DNA of 58,935 nucleotides from Octopus bimaculoides (GCF_001194135.2 NC_069000.1:13863776-13922710), one strand, 5' to 3'; shown: positions 39,109-51,830, counted from the first letter of the stretch. Numbers and translations: made by a program. The notes: generated from the letters alone by a model not told the origin.

Positions 39109-40092
39109 GTATGTATTAATTGTCATTTCATTTCATTTAAAACTATTTGCAGAGAGAGTTCTTGAACAAATGTAAATAAAAAAGAAATGCAGCATATACA
39201 GAATGCCCACCACTACCACCACAAAAAAAAAAAAAAAAGTGCACATAGTGAATGATTATAAAGTCAGTGTTTTTTTTTTTTTCATTTTCAGAATTTAATA
39301 GTCTACAGACAAAATTTAATATTTTTATGAATGCCTGTTTTGAAGCTGATAATCATTTTTCTCCATGCACGTTGATAACATGAAGTAATGGAATTGCAAA
39401 CATCCCTGTACATTTATTCAGTTTTTGCATGTGATCTTTTTCACTTGTTGCCCTCAATTCATCAACTGTTACTGGTTTTGTACAGTAAACTTTATAGTTT
39501 AAGTATCCCCATAAAAAATTCTAGTGGTGTAAAGTCTGGTGAATGCAGTGAATATTCTACAGAATCTCTTTGTCTGTTTGACAAAAACCCATCAAAGTAG
39601 GGCCTTATGTTGCTATGGTAGTGTGGGAGCACCCCCATCTTGCTGAAATAAAACTATATCTTCAAAATCTTCTTGAATGTTTGATGTGATAGATTGTTGT
39701 AGTACGTTCAAGTAGATGGATCCCGTCACAATTACATCAAAAAGAATGCTTAAAATAATTATTATGATGAGAAAAGACATCATTCTGTTACTTCAGGTAA
39801 AGTTCCTTTATAACATACTGATTCTCAAGTCCCTGGCAGGTGCAATTGTGTCGCTAATTGAGACATTTAATTTAAATGTAGCCTCATTACTCCGAGCACA
39901 CTGGGCAAAATGTCTAGCAACAGTTCTTGCAACTCATTACTTTCTGAGTTCAAATCCTGACAAGGCCAGCTTTGCTCTTCATCTTCTTTGAATGAAAAGA
40001 ATAAAATACTAGTCAAGTACTGAAGTCAGTGTTATTGACTTGCCTACTTGCCTCAAAATTGCTGGTTTTGTGTCAAAATTAGAAGGAATTAT

Positions 40093-40133
<41 letters not shown>

Positions 40134-41260
40134 CATACATATGAATGTCTGTTTGTATCTATCAATATATATATATATATATATATATACTCACTTTTAC
40201 TTGTTTCAGTCATTTGACTGCGGCCATGCTGGAGCACCGCCTTTAGTTGAGAAAATCGACCCCAGGACTTATTTTTTGTAAGCCTAGTACTTATCCAGTT
40301 TCCGTCTACCAAATCCACTCACAAGGNNNNNNNNNNNNNNNNNNNNNNNNNNNNNNNNNNNNNNNNNNNNNNNNNNNNNNNNNNNNNNNNNNNNNNNNNN
40401 NNNNNNNNNNNNNNNNNNNNNNNNNNNNNNNNNNNNNNNNNNNNNNNNNNNNNNNNNNNNNNNNNNNNNNNNNNNNNNNNNNNNNNNNNNNNNNNNNNNN
40501 NNNNNNNNNNNNNNNNNNNNNNNNNNNNNNNNNNNNNNNNNNNNNNNNNNNNNNNNNNNNNNNNNNNNNNNNNNNNNNNNNNNNNNNNNNNNNNNNNNNN
40601 NNNCTGGGGTCGATTTTCTCGACTAAAGGCGGTGCTCCAGCATGGCCGCAGTCAAATGACTGAAACAAGTAAAAGTGAGTATATATATATATATATATAT
40701 ATATATTAATAGATAATTCCAGGAGTGAATAGAAAAATTCTGAAACTTGAGGGGATGGGCCCCCCCATATATGGATTCTAATGGCACAGGGGCCCACTTG
40801 CCATCAAGCAAGCTGTCAACCTGGCCAGTCTACCACTGGTCATGAGCCAGAAACTCTAACCACTTCTGTGTGTATGCAAACATGTGAGAGAGAGAGAGAG
40901 AGAGTGTGAGAATATCTAATTATAGTAAGGAGAGAGGTTTGGAAAATTTTTTTTGTCAAGAAAGTATGTCACAATAATCTTGATGGACAAGATAAAACCA
41001 TGCTGAGTAACTGTGAACAAAACAAAGAACAATAACAACAATAGTTGAATAAACATACATCATGCATGACAACAAATAAACAATGTACTGAGTATTTCTC
41101 AAGAGGAAGAATGTTTCCCATCTTCTCTTTGAGTTCTCTTTTCTCTCTTTCTTCTTCTTCTTCCCCTCCGTCTCTCTCTCCTTCTCTCCCTCCCACTTTC
41201 ATTCTCTCATTGTGTGTTTAGTCTGTGAATGTTTATTCTATGAACATGTCTCGCTCTCTC

Positions 41261-41325
<65 letters not shown>

Positions 41326-41831
41326 TTGTGTTACCTACTGAGTCATTTCTCATTACACTGAACGGAAAATCCCAGTTACATGAAAATATTTTTAATGTCA
41401 TCTATCATTAAATCATATTAACTACAGTGTTTATAATTTAAAATCATTAATGCTAGATCTAGTTTGTTTTCATTCTTCTTTTTTTTTTTTTTTGAGAAAT
41501 TTACAAGATCTTGTCTTGCATTTAGTAGGGAAAGTAAAAAAAGTAACATTTTTCCAATTTATTCTACACTTTTTAGCATTACGCACACATATGCGCACGC
41601 GCACACACACACACACATGCATGCACTTGCACACATGCACTCACATGTATGCATACATATACACATACAGGCACACACATGCATTCATGCACGCATGTGC
41701 ATACAGATGCACATAGTCACACATATGCACACACAGATGCATGCACATACAGGCACGCACAGCTGTGCGCATGCACACACATACACACAATGTAATTTTA
41801 AGAAATTTTGAAATTACATGCCTAAATTTAA

Positions 41832-42441
41832 CCCTTTAGCATTTAAATCAGCCATGTTGTTGTTGTTGGCGCTCCATCGCTTACGACATCGAGGGTTCCA
41901 GTTGATCCGATCAACGGAACAGCCTGTTCGTGAAATTAATGCGCAAGTGGCTGAGCACTCCACAGACACGTGTACCCTTAACGTAATTCTCGGGGATATT
42001 CAGCATGACACAGTGTGACAAGGCTGACCCTTTGAATTACAGGCACAACAGAAACAGGAAGTAAGAGTGAGAGAAAGTTGTGGTGAAAGAGTACAGTAGG
42101 GTTCGCCACCATCCCCTGCCGGAGCCTCAGGGAGCTTTAGGTGTTTTCGCTCAATAAACACTCACAACACCCGGTCTGGGAATCGAAACCGCGATCCTAT
42201 GACCACGAGTCCACTGTCCTAACCACTGGGCCATTGCGCCTCCACTAAATCAGCCATATACAGCCCTAATATTCAATTTGTTTTATGTTCAAATGGACCA
42301 GATCTGGCCTCTCACACATACTCTAAAATGTCATTTTAAAAATAAACAATCACATCATTGAAGTCTGAAAGCTCTGAGATAATTCATGATTAATTCAAAA
42401 CAATGTGAATAAATAATCATTACATTTGAACACTAAAAGGG
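41832..42441. mobile_element. piggyBac-like MITE interrupted by SINE C (uninterrupted copy 22118-22336)
   Basis: TTAA-ccctttag ... ctaaaaggg-TTAA; the 22118 copy shows the empty site. Confidence 0.75.
41856..42245 (-). mobile_element. Full-length SINE family C with 12-bp TSD (others 17097-17427, 21640-21960, 56561, 57281)
   Basis: tRNA-like head gtggaggcgcaatggcccagtggttagg, (CAA)n tail; TSD taaatcagccat at 41844-55 and 42246-57. Confidence 0.92.
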
Positions 42442-42610
42442 TTAAACTGTCTATGTACCTTCATATCCAACCTAAATATCACATCTACCCTACAATATCA
42501 TTCTAGAAATAAACAATTATGAGACAATGCATAATCAATCCAAAACAATGCAAATGAATGAACATTAGCACAGGAGTGGCTGTGTGGTAAGTAGCTTGCT
42601 TACCAACCAC

Positions 42611-43248
42611 CAGTCACTGTTCGGCCCCAAAAAGTTTCATTTGTGAGATGTGATAGCAAAGAAGAGCACACATTCACTCTCTGCATGCGATTAGACTCGA
42701 AAAGTTTGTGAGGAACCCACTGACCCAATTTGCTGACTTTTCTGATGGCACGCAGGTGTCACTGAATGGTTGAATGACCAAATCCAAGCTTCTCTGCTAG
42801 TTCCTCAACAGCTGCGATGGGATTTTGTTCCACCAAGTTTTGCAGAATGTCCTCATTGAGCTCTACTGATCTTCCAGGATGAGGCTTATCCGCTAGGCTT
42901 GTAGTTTCCAGCTCAGAATTTCTGGAACCACCATTGACACTGGCTTACGCTTATTGCCCAATCTTCATATACTGCATTAATATTCCTTGTACTTTCTGTT
43001 ATGCTGTCGCCTTTATTGAACCCATAATGCAAAATATGCCGAATATGCTCCTTTATCACTTCCATTATAGCTTTGAAAAATATAACTATTAAAATTGAAC
43101 TGCACTCTTCTTGCAATAAGAATAAGGTTTGAGGTAAAATTACTCCCTGCTTTTATAGCAAGTTGATCCAGGTAGTTATTCTTCCCCCCTCTGACTTTTA
43201 ATTCATGCAACTGAAAAAAAAACCCATATTATTTATGGGATGACCCAA
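42611..43248 (-). pseudogene. Decayed mariner transposon (second family)
   Basis: TA-ttgggtcatcccataaataat TIR at 43248; KEHIRHILHYGFNKGDSITESTRNINAVYEDWAISVSQCQWWFQKF; breaks at RTVTG (first catalytic Asp region). Confidence 0.85.
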
Positions 43249-43888
43249 TACTAACATATTTATAGGGGAAGAAAAAGAAGGGAAAAACCCATAATTAGCC
43301 CACCGAAGAAAAAAATAAAAAGAAAAAATATGGTGGGGATTAAGCAGCAACAGATGATGGCAGTGGGGTAGGTGGGTGGGTGTAATAACAGGTTGTACAC
43401 CCTAGAACAAATTACACAAGCGTTGCCACGGAGAATGGTCAATGACACTAACTATTCAGCCAGCGCACTACTTAATGAAATAGTAGGTTTGAAGGTTCTC
43501 AGATGCAAAGAAAATTCACACCTGATTTCTTTATGCTTGTCCTACTCACTCTTCTCTTCCCACTCCCCACTGTCTCTTGTTCTCTTTCTTTCTCATTGTA
43601 TTTGATCACAAAACTCACATGTACTTTGTATGTGTATCACTCACATTTCTTAATTGTTTGTTGTCTCGACTCTTCCTATTTTATCGAAAGGGAAATTCCA
43701 CTTAAGTGGGGGTTTTTTGAAGGTTAGGAACCATCATAATTATGATGACATGAATTCCTTATCAAACGTTTCAATTTTACAAATCATGTAAAGACCTGTT
43801 GCACACACAAACACACACACACACACAACCACACACAAGCAACACCAACGTCCACTCAATGATTAGCCAGAGATGATTTTTAAAATGA

Positions 43889-43988
43889 NNNNNNNNNNNN
43901 NNNNNNNNNNNNNNNNNNNNNNNNNNNNNNNNNNNNNNNNNNNNNNNNNNNNNNNNNNNNNNNNNNNNNNNNNNNNNNNNNNNNNNNN
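43889..43988. other. Exactly-100-N scaffolding gap (right border of inverted block)
   Basis: 100 N counted; it truncates a Helentron-like repeat at 43888. Confidence 0.95.
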
Positions 43989-43994
43989 ACAACA

Positions 43995-44031
<37 letters not shown>

Positions 44032-44715
44032 CCAGCTTGCAAAACACATTTTAGCAAAAAAAACTCCCACATATTGGGCCCTGGACAAAACTTCTCGTAT
44101 AACATTGCGACACACACAAGCTGATATCTAATATGCACTGTGTATGTGTAAAACAACTGCATGCATGGAGACACACATACAAACCCTATACAACCATAAG
44201 AAACAAATTTAAAAAATCAAACCAATCACACATACATAATTTAGAAAAACACAAGCACATTCATAGTCATATACACTAAGTCTAGTCACATTATCTCTCC
44301 TAATCTTGTCAATGTTTTAAACATGTTCTTTCCTTCTCAAATCTAGTGATTTCCATTATTCAGTGTGGCTTTAATATTTGCACATGGAATTTTTTTTCTG
44401 ATATATTTTTTAAAAATTTTATTTTCGCTATTTTTTCATTTTTACTCGTTCATACTTCTGATGAAGAGTTTATGTCAAAAATATTAAGGTATGAGACTAA
44501 CGATAAAAAAAAAAACTTTTATTTTATCTTTTCTTGTTTTACATGTTGCTATTTTCATGTTTACACACACACAAAAGATGGGTAATAGTAACACAAAAGT
44601 AAAGAAAAAATACAATAAAGCCTTTTGTTAATTGGTCTCACGCCCAAAGTAATAAAAACATCTGCTTTTATCTCAGATGTTTTATGTGTGTGTGAATTAT
44701 ATATGCATGTATATT

Positions 44716-44823
<108 letters not shown>

Positions 44824-44919
44824 TAGACTTTACACTATTTGCATATGTAGTACGAGGTGACAGCACTAAGCAGTGCTGTATATAAATACAAATTTGTTAT
44901 CAGTTCAAATATGCTTGAG

Positions 44920-45201
44920 GGCGATCTTTCGGTACGAGTTCCTAAATATCGGCCTTTTCCGTAACACCCGCACGTTTTTCACTACGGTGTTAGGGTTAGG
45001 GTTTTAGGGTTAGGGTTAGGGACGGAATTCCCTAACGCAAACCCTAAAACCCAAACCGTAAACCTAACCCTAACTCTAAACCCTTCAAAATAAATCACGC
45101 TCTCTGTATGTCTTTCACTGTTATGACGTCGTTTCCCTGTTTCTCTCCAACACTTTTTATGGAAAAGGCCGATAATTAGGAACTCGTACTGAAAGATCGC
45201 C
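44920..45201. mobile_element. MITE with GG termini, 8-bp TSD and inverted TTAGGG core (Merlin-like)
   Basis: 45-bp TIR ggcgatctttcggtacgagttcctaaatatcggccttttccgtaa; TSD tgcttgag at 44912-19 and 45202-09. Confidence 0.88.
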
Positions 45202-45466
45202 TGCTTGAGGTATATTAAAAACCATTACAAAGCCATTTGTTGCATTTTGCCATGGATAAAATTTTTACTGTTGACAAATGGGCGTAAATACACAGGATTG
45301 ACTTACAGTGCCACCTGACCAGACTGGAGGATGCATGCATTTCATAGTGGTTATCTCCTCTTCAGCCATAGAAACAGGACAAGAAACCACTGCGAACTGA
45401 CACGAGAGATAGGATCTCTCTAATGACATTCTTGTCCCTCAGTCAATGACTGGTTGCACTATTCAG

Positions 45467-46018
45467 GGATCTTTTTTAAAACGGGGGCCACATTTTTCAT
45501 TAATGTTTTACGTAGTGTTTTTGGTACCGAAAGACTTTCAAACTTCGTATACTTATCTATTTTGTGTTATAGAACAGAAAAATATTTTTGTATTCGAATT
45601 TATTTCATGTAAAAAATTGTCTTATTTCGATAATTTCAACCAATCACTGACGTCCATTCAGCCGATATACATTAAGTGCCGACTACATAAACAAACGATT
45701 CTTCGTTTTATTTGCTTTTTTCATTTTAAATTTGCTTTAACCCTAACCCTAACCCTAGAGTTAGGGTTAGGGTTAATTGTTTCAGAATCGTTTGTTTGTG
45801 TAGTCGGCACTTAATGTATATCGGCTGAATGGACGTCAGTGATTGGTTGAAATTACAGAAATACGACAACTTTAACATGGAATAATTTATGGATTTCTTT
45901 TTTTTTTTTTTAAGAAGACTAAGAGAAAAAGATGTTTTATATGACACATTCTACCAGTGTTCCAAGTTTCAAAGTGTTTCGTTAATGAAAAATGTGGCCC
46001 CCGTTTTAAAAAAGATCC
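45467..46018. mobile_element. Fold-back MITE with GG termini, 8-bp TSD and CCCTAA/TTAGGG palindrome (Merlin-like)
   Basis: 37-bp perfect TIR ggatcttttttaaaacgggggccacatttttcattaa; TSD ctattcag/ctattgag; inner 72-bp inverted repeat 45631-45702/45784-45855. Confidence 0.88.
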
Positions 46019-46502
46019 CTATTGAGCGACTTACCTTAAATAAAATATTGGGTCACAATGCTAAGCAGTGATGTGTACAAATACAAAATTGCTTGAGACA
46101 TATTCAAAACCTTAATAAAGCCATTCATTGTGTTTTGTCACAGAGAAAATTTCACACTGTAAGCAAATGAGTGTGAATACGTTGAATCAGGTCACTGTGC
46201 CACCTGAACAAACTGGGGGAATGTGTGTGTTTCGGAGTGATTATCTCCTCTTCAGCCATAGAAATTGGACAGAGAGGTACTGCAAAGTGACACGAGAGAC
46301 AGTATACATTTACATATAAGTCCCAAACTGTGATATCGTTTTGAGGTGTGTTGAGTATATGATACTGAAACGCTACAATAATAGTGGAAGAGTGATATCG
46401 ATCATCTTTGCTCATCTCAGGGTGAGTTTCTTGCCCAGTCTGGGACATTCATGTAGGGAACTTTCCCAGGATGCTATCCCCCAAGAAATTGGTGTATAAA
46501 CA

Positions 46503-46567
<65 letters not shown>

Positions 46568-46582
46568 TATATATATTTACAT

Positions 46583-46901
46583 GTGGAGGCGCAATGGCCC
46601 AGTGGTTAAGGCAGCAGACTCGAGGTTGGAGGATCACGGTTTCGATTCCCAGACCAGGCGTTATGTGTGTTTATTGAGCGAAAACACCTAAGTTCCACTA
46701 GGCTCTGGCAGGGGGTGGTGGCAACCCCTGTTGTACTCTTTCACCTCCACTTTCTCTCATTCTTTCTTCCTGTTTCTTGAGTAAAGCTGTGATGGACTGG
46801 CGTCCCGTCCAGCTGGGGTGGGAACATATACGCCATAGAAACCGAGAAACCGGGCCCATGAGCCTGGCTAGGCTTTAAAAAGGCACAAAAGAAAGAAAGA
46901 A
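46583..46901 (+). mobile_element. SINE with family C head but a different 3' body
   Basis: Matches family C up to cttcctgtttct (~46777), then gctgtgatggactggcgtcccgtccagctgggg...aaagaaagaaa. Confidence 0.75.
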
Positions 46902-48864
46902 ATATGTATTTACACACTCTTTACCTATCTTTCTATCTCTTTCTCTCTCTCTGTATGTGTATTAACTTTCATGCACTGCCTTCATTTCGTTTACAACCTT
47001 ATCTTCTAATATTTAATTTCATATTAGGACACTCTGCTTATTACACACAAAGTGCTTAGCTATCAAATCCTGTTTTCTGATTGGGTAAAAATGAACAAGC
47101 TCTAAACCTATGCAACATTTTTCTAAAGTTTTTCTGGAATAAATTAATCACAATCTCGGATTCAGCATTAAAAAAATATAGCAATATGCCAAACTTGAAA
47201 ATGTTCACTTAACTGTAAAATTTCAAAGTCTGTGACAGCCATAGGGTGAAAGTAAATAATTCCATGGGGAAACTGATATAACTGAAGCTTTATAATACAG
47301 CATTTCTCTATTATAACAATTCCCAATATATTATAACAATTTCAAATATATTATATGTAATAATTCAGAATATAACTTTTCTATAATATAAACAACTTGA
47401 AACAGTTTTCTTGTATTTCTTCCACAACAAAGTATACCATAGTTCATTAATTTTAAGGGTATGACTAAATACTGAATCAATTATCTTCTCCATTTGTTGT
47501 CTAGGTGATAAATCAGTTGCTCTGATATAGTGTTGTATTCTTTGTCTATTGCTTTCATTTTTCACATTTCTAATGATGAATTTTTCTCTTCTCTGTATAT
47601 ATTTACCAGACACACACTCTCTCTCACTCTATAAAAGTATATTGCTCACAATGAGCAATATGCTTGTCAGTGTGTGTAAGCATGTGTATAAAGAATTTCA
47701 TTAGAACAACACAGTGATTTAAAAGAAAGGTATGTAACAGATAATTTATTTTAATAGGGTACTCTTCTGTTAGCAAATATGATTTTTCTTACACACACAT
47801 GGACTCACTTGGCACAGGGTGGGGGTTAAGAATTTTAATTACAATTTTTTTGTTGATGTTGTTGCTTAAATTTCAGCAATGGACCACTGCATTATCATTC
47901 CATAAAATGTACTTATGGGGAGAAAAATACTGAAAAACATCAATACATGCTATAGTGACAAAGAAACTAGGAAGAGACCAGGTGGTCATGACATGTGTTA
48001 GAAACAACAGCTAAATCTCCCTTAAATCACACACTTTTTTTGCATGAAAATTATTTTGAAATTATAAACAACAAACAAATTTCAGATTTGGATTGTACAT
48101 ATTTTAAAACTGACTTAAAAAAGAATTCTGAGAAAAAAAAAAAAAAAAATTCAGGATTGGGGTGGGGTTGGGTGAGGGTCAATGAAAGAAATTTTTTTTA
48201 ATTTCACTATAGGTACAGGAGTGGCTGTGTGGTAAGTAGCTTGCTTACCAACCACATGGTTCCGGGTTCAGTCCGACTGCATGACACCTTGGGTAAGTGT
48301 CTTCTACTATAGCCTCAGGCTGACCAAAGCCTTGTGAGTGGATTTGGTAGAGGGAAACTGAAAGGAGCCCGTTGTGTGTATATATATATATGTATGTATG
48401 TATGTATGTATATATGTGAGTGTATGTTTGTATGTGTTTGTCCCCCACCCCACCGAACATCACTTGACAACCCATGCTGGTGTGTTTACATCCCCGTAAC
48501 TTAGTGGTTTGGCAAAAGAGACCAATAGAATAAGTACTAGGCTTACAAAAAATAAGTCCTGGAGTTGATTTGCTCGATTAAAAGCAGTACTCTAGCATGG
48601 CCACAGTCAAATAACTGAAACAAGTAAAAAGAATATTGTTTTTAAATTATGTTTCATTTTCTGTCTGAAAATAAAAGAAGTGAAGATTGTAATGGTGATC
48701 ACTGATCACCAAAATTTCTTATTTTAAATTCTCAAGGCTTTTTCCATTGCTTTTAAGAGCATAGTGCAAAAAAGACAGGCCAAAATCAGTATTGAGTTGG
48801 GGAGAGGGTTTTGAAAAAGTTCATAAATTTTCTCTCTCAATGAAAAGTAAATATAAATAATCAC

Positions 48865-49055
48865 CTTTAATGAAAGTCAGAAATTCTTCATGCCTTATTT
48901 TTTGTGCTTGAAGGTCAATTTTCAGGGTTAACAAGAGAGTAAAGGTCAGTTTATCTGTTGCATATAGACTTCGGACAGTATACTTGTAAATTTCATAAGT
49001 CATAAACCGTATGATGTTCAGAATTCTCTTTTGAGTTATTGGTGATTTAGCTGAT
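48865..49055 (-). CDS. DNAH5: Dynein heavy chain, exon 3 of 11
   Basis: [65 protein letters not shown]. Phase 2 in, phase 1 out; GTGATT donor. Confidence 0.95.
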
Positions 49056-49463
49056 CTGAGAATCAAACATAGATAAAGGCATAATGATTAGTATTTTCAT
49101 AATAATGGAATCTTCAAGTGATTCCTTTCTCTCAAACTCAATTAGAAATTTGTCTGAAATTTCTGAGATGTATTATTGGTGAGCAGGCAGAATCATAAGC
49201 AGTTCAGACAAGATACTTAGCAGGATTTCTTTAAGCTTGTTGTGTTCTGAGCTCAAATCCTGCTAAGGTCAACTTTACCTTTCATGCTTTTGAGCTACAT
49301 AAAATAAGCACCAGTTGAGCACTAGAGTTGATTTAATTAACTTACCCTACACTAAAGTTGCTGGCCTTGTGCCAATATTTCAAACAATTACTATAGACAG
49401 TTGTAGTGTATATATAGATCAGTGTCTACATGATAGGCCTTTATCTTGGTTGTTGTGGCCACA

Positions 49464-49601
49464 ACCTTTCAGCCATGGTACCTTTCAGCCATGGTACCTT
49501 TCAGCCATGGTACCTTTCAGCCATGGTACCTTTCAGTCATGGTACCTTTCAGCCATGGTACCTTTCAGCCATGGTACCTTTCAGTCATGGTACCTTCCAG
49601 C
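49464..49601. repeat. 16-bp minisatellite, about 8.5 copies
   Basis: Unit acctttcagccatggt, with a C-to-T variant in copies 5 and 8. Confidence 0.95.
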
Positions 49602-51576
49602 TTTCTTCAGGAGCCTGTCAAGTTCAGTAACATTCACAAGATTTCAAACCACATCCATTATTAAATCCATAGGAAGAGATTGTTCTCATTTCATTGTCCA
49701 TATAGGGATATTCTCCTTCTTGGGTTATTGCTCACAATGTTTTGATTGTTCCATGGAGCTATAACAGAAAACAATTGTCCAAGGTGTCACCCAATGGGGC
49801 TGGATATTAAAAGGAAATCTATATTAATTAATCCAGTGGAACTAATTTTGTTCTCAACATTTCTTTTTATTGTTATCGTTGTTGTATCGTCCCTGATCAA
49901 CATTGATTGAACAGATCAATAGTTAAAGGTGCTCCAGTCATAACTACTCCTTGTGGTTTATCAAGAACCATATTGTCCAGTGAGTTTTCCTTTTTGAACA
50001 CGGTAGAGTGTAATTTTAGGACATTTCATTGCTATTTCTAGCAAGTTAAATAACTGCTTATAGATACCCTTGTCTCCACTAGTCTTAGTATTCATCTGTG
50101 ATAAGTAATTGGAGAACTTCTATATTGTTATTCGACCTGCTAGAAATAGCAGCCAAATAACCATCAAATCATGTTCGATAAAGTTAAAAATTACACATTG
50201 GATAATTTAGTCCTAGATACATTTTGTGTGAAAATAAAAAGAGATTGTCACAGCCAGAAAACCTCAATTGTATACCTGTTGAGGATAAACAGCTGCAGCA
50301 ACAACACATATTTAACCAAACAAACAAGATCAAAGAGTAGATCTTATCTGACACTCAAGCAAAAATTTATATTCTGTTTCATGGAAATAGAATACGAATT
50401 TTAAAATTCATAGATTCACATCAGTTACCTCCGACTAAATTGGAATCTGTTTCTACAAAATGCTGCCCAAAATTTAAGTTGCATAAATTAATACCAGATA
50501 CTTACAAAGAAAAATAGTTAAAACATACATGGATGCAACCACTACAATAGATAAAATGTCACAGTGTTACACGTTTTTCAGTTACATGACTGCTGAGTGT
50601 GAGAACTAAAGCACATATAATGTAAACATCAATAATACAGGCACTCTATTTATGTTTTTTCCAAGAAAAGGGTTGGATGTCAAGTAAGATACTTATAAAT
50701 TTTAATGATGCATTTTTGTTAACATGTTCCTGGTGAAAACAAATTTTCTGAGAAAAAATACAAAAATTTATTTTTGTTTGAATCTGCTTCTGTGAAGTAA
50801 CTTTTCTTAATTACACCACACCCAATAGAATTATTACAGACTTAGCTGTGTGGTTAAGAAATTTGCTTCCCAACCACTGGTTCTAGTTTCAGTCCTACTG
50901 CATGGCACTTTAGACAAGTGTCTTCTACTACAGCGCTGGGCTGAACAAAGCCTTGTGAGTGGATTAGGTAGATGGAAACTGAAAGAAGTAGCCATTTACA
51001 TACATACATACATCCGTTCATACTTACATATATATGTATGTATGTATGTTTGTATGTATGTCCAACAATCACCCTCCTCACCAAGCAAGCTGGATGGGGT
51101 TACCAGTTTAGATGCTGAAGACCAGACCATGCAGAACGATACATAAGACCTGTCAAAGGGCAGAAGAGCTCATGAGCAGTCAACAGCCATCCAACGATAT
51201 GTGCATATGTTTATGTATGCATTATGTATCATTCATTTACAACATTCTGTGAAACCATGTGTAGTCACTGGGGAAGTACTACTTCGCTTAGAAACAAGCA
51301 AGAGCTGGTAACAGGAAAAGCGTTAAGGCAAATAAAATATGCTTCAATAAAATCCATCTGACCTATGCAAACACAGGTGAACATTAAAGCGATGATGATG
51401 ATGATGATGATGATGCTTGTTGTTGTAAATTGAAAGTTGTTATAATGATTTTGTTCCTAAACAACATGAAACAGTTTTGCAAACACCACTGTACCCTATC
51501 CAGCTTCGTACATAAAATAAAAAAAATAAAAAAAGAAGTTTACCCTCTCAGAACAAATAACAATGAATGAATATAC

Positions 51577-51830
51577 CTTTCCATTGACATATCAAACAGC
51601 TGAAGAAATTGTTCTAGTGCTGTCTGATACATGCAATTTACCAAACTCATTTCAGTGATGAGGAAATACAAGATACTTCCTCTGGTAGCAACAGGCCGAA
51701 ATTCTTCCCGTGCTTCGTTAATTTTCACTTCTGTTTCAGCAGCTGTAATTAACTTCTGTTTCACTTCTTGTGATGTATCTTTTGTGATATGGAGAACATT
51801 GATTAAATTAGAATCCTCAACTAACGAACC
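51577..51830 (-). CDS. DNAH5: Dynein heavy chain, exon 2 of 11
   Basis: [13 protein letters not shown]...[55 protein letters not shown] boundaries, ends phase 2. Confidence 0.95.

Noticed and set aside
44990-45776. Telomere fusion or chromosome-end relic
   Set aside because: The TTAGGG tracts are short and enclosed by TIRs and TSDs, so they belong to MITEs.
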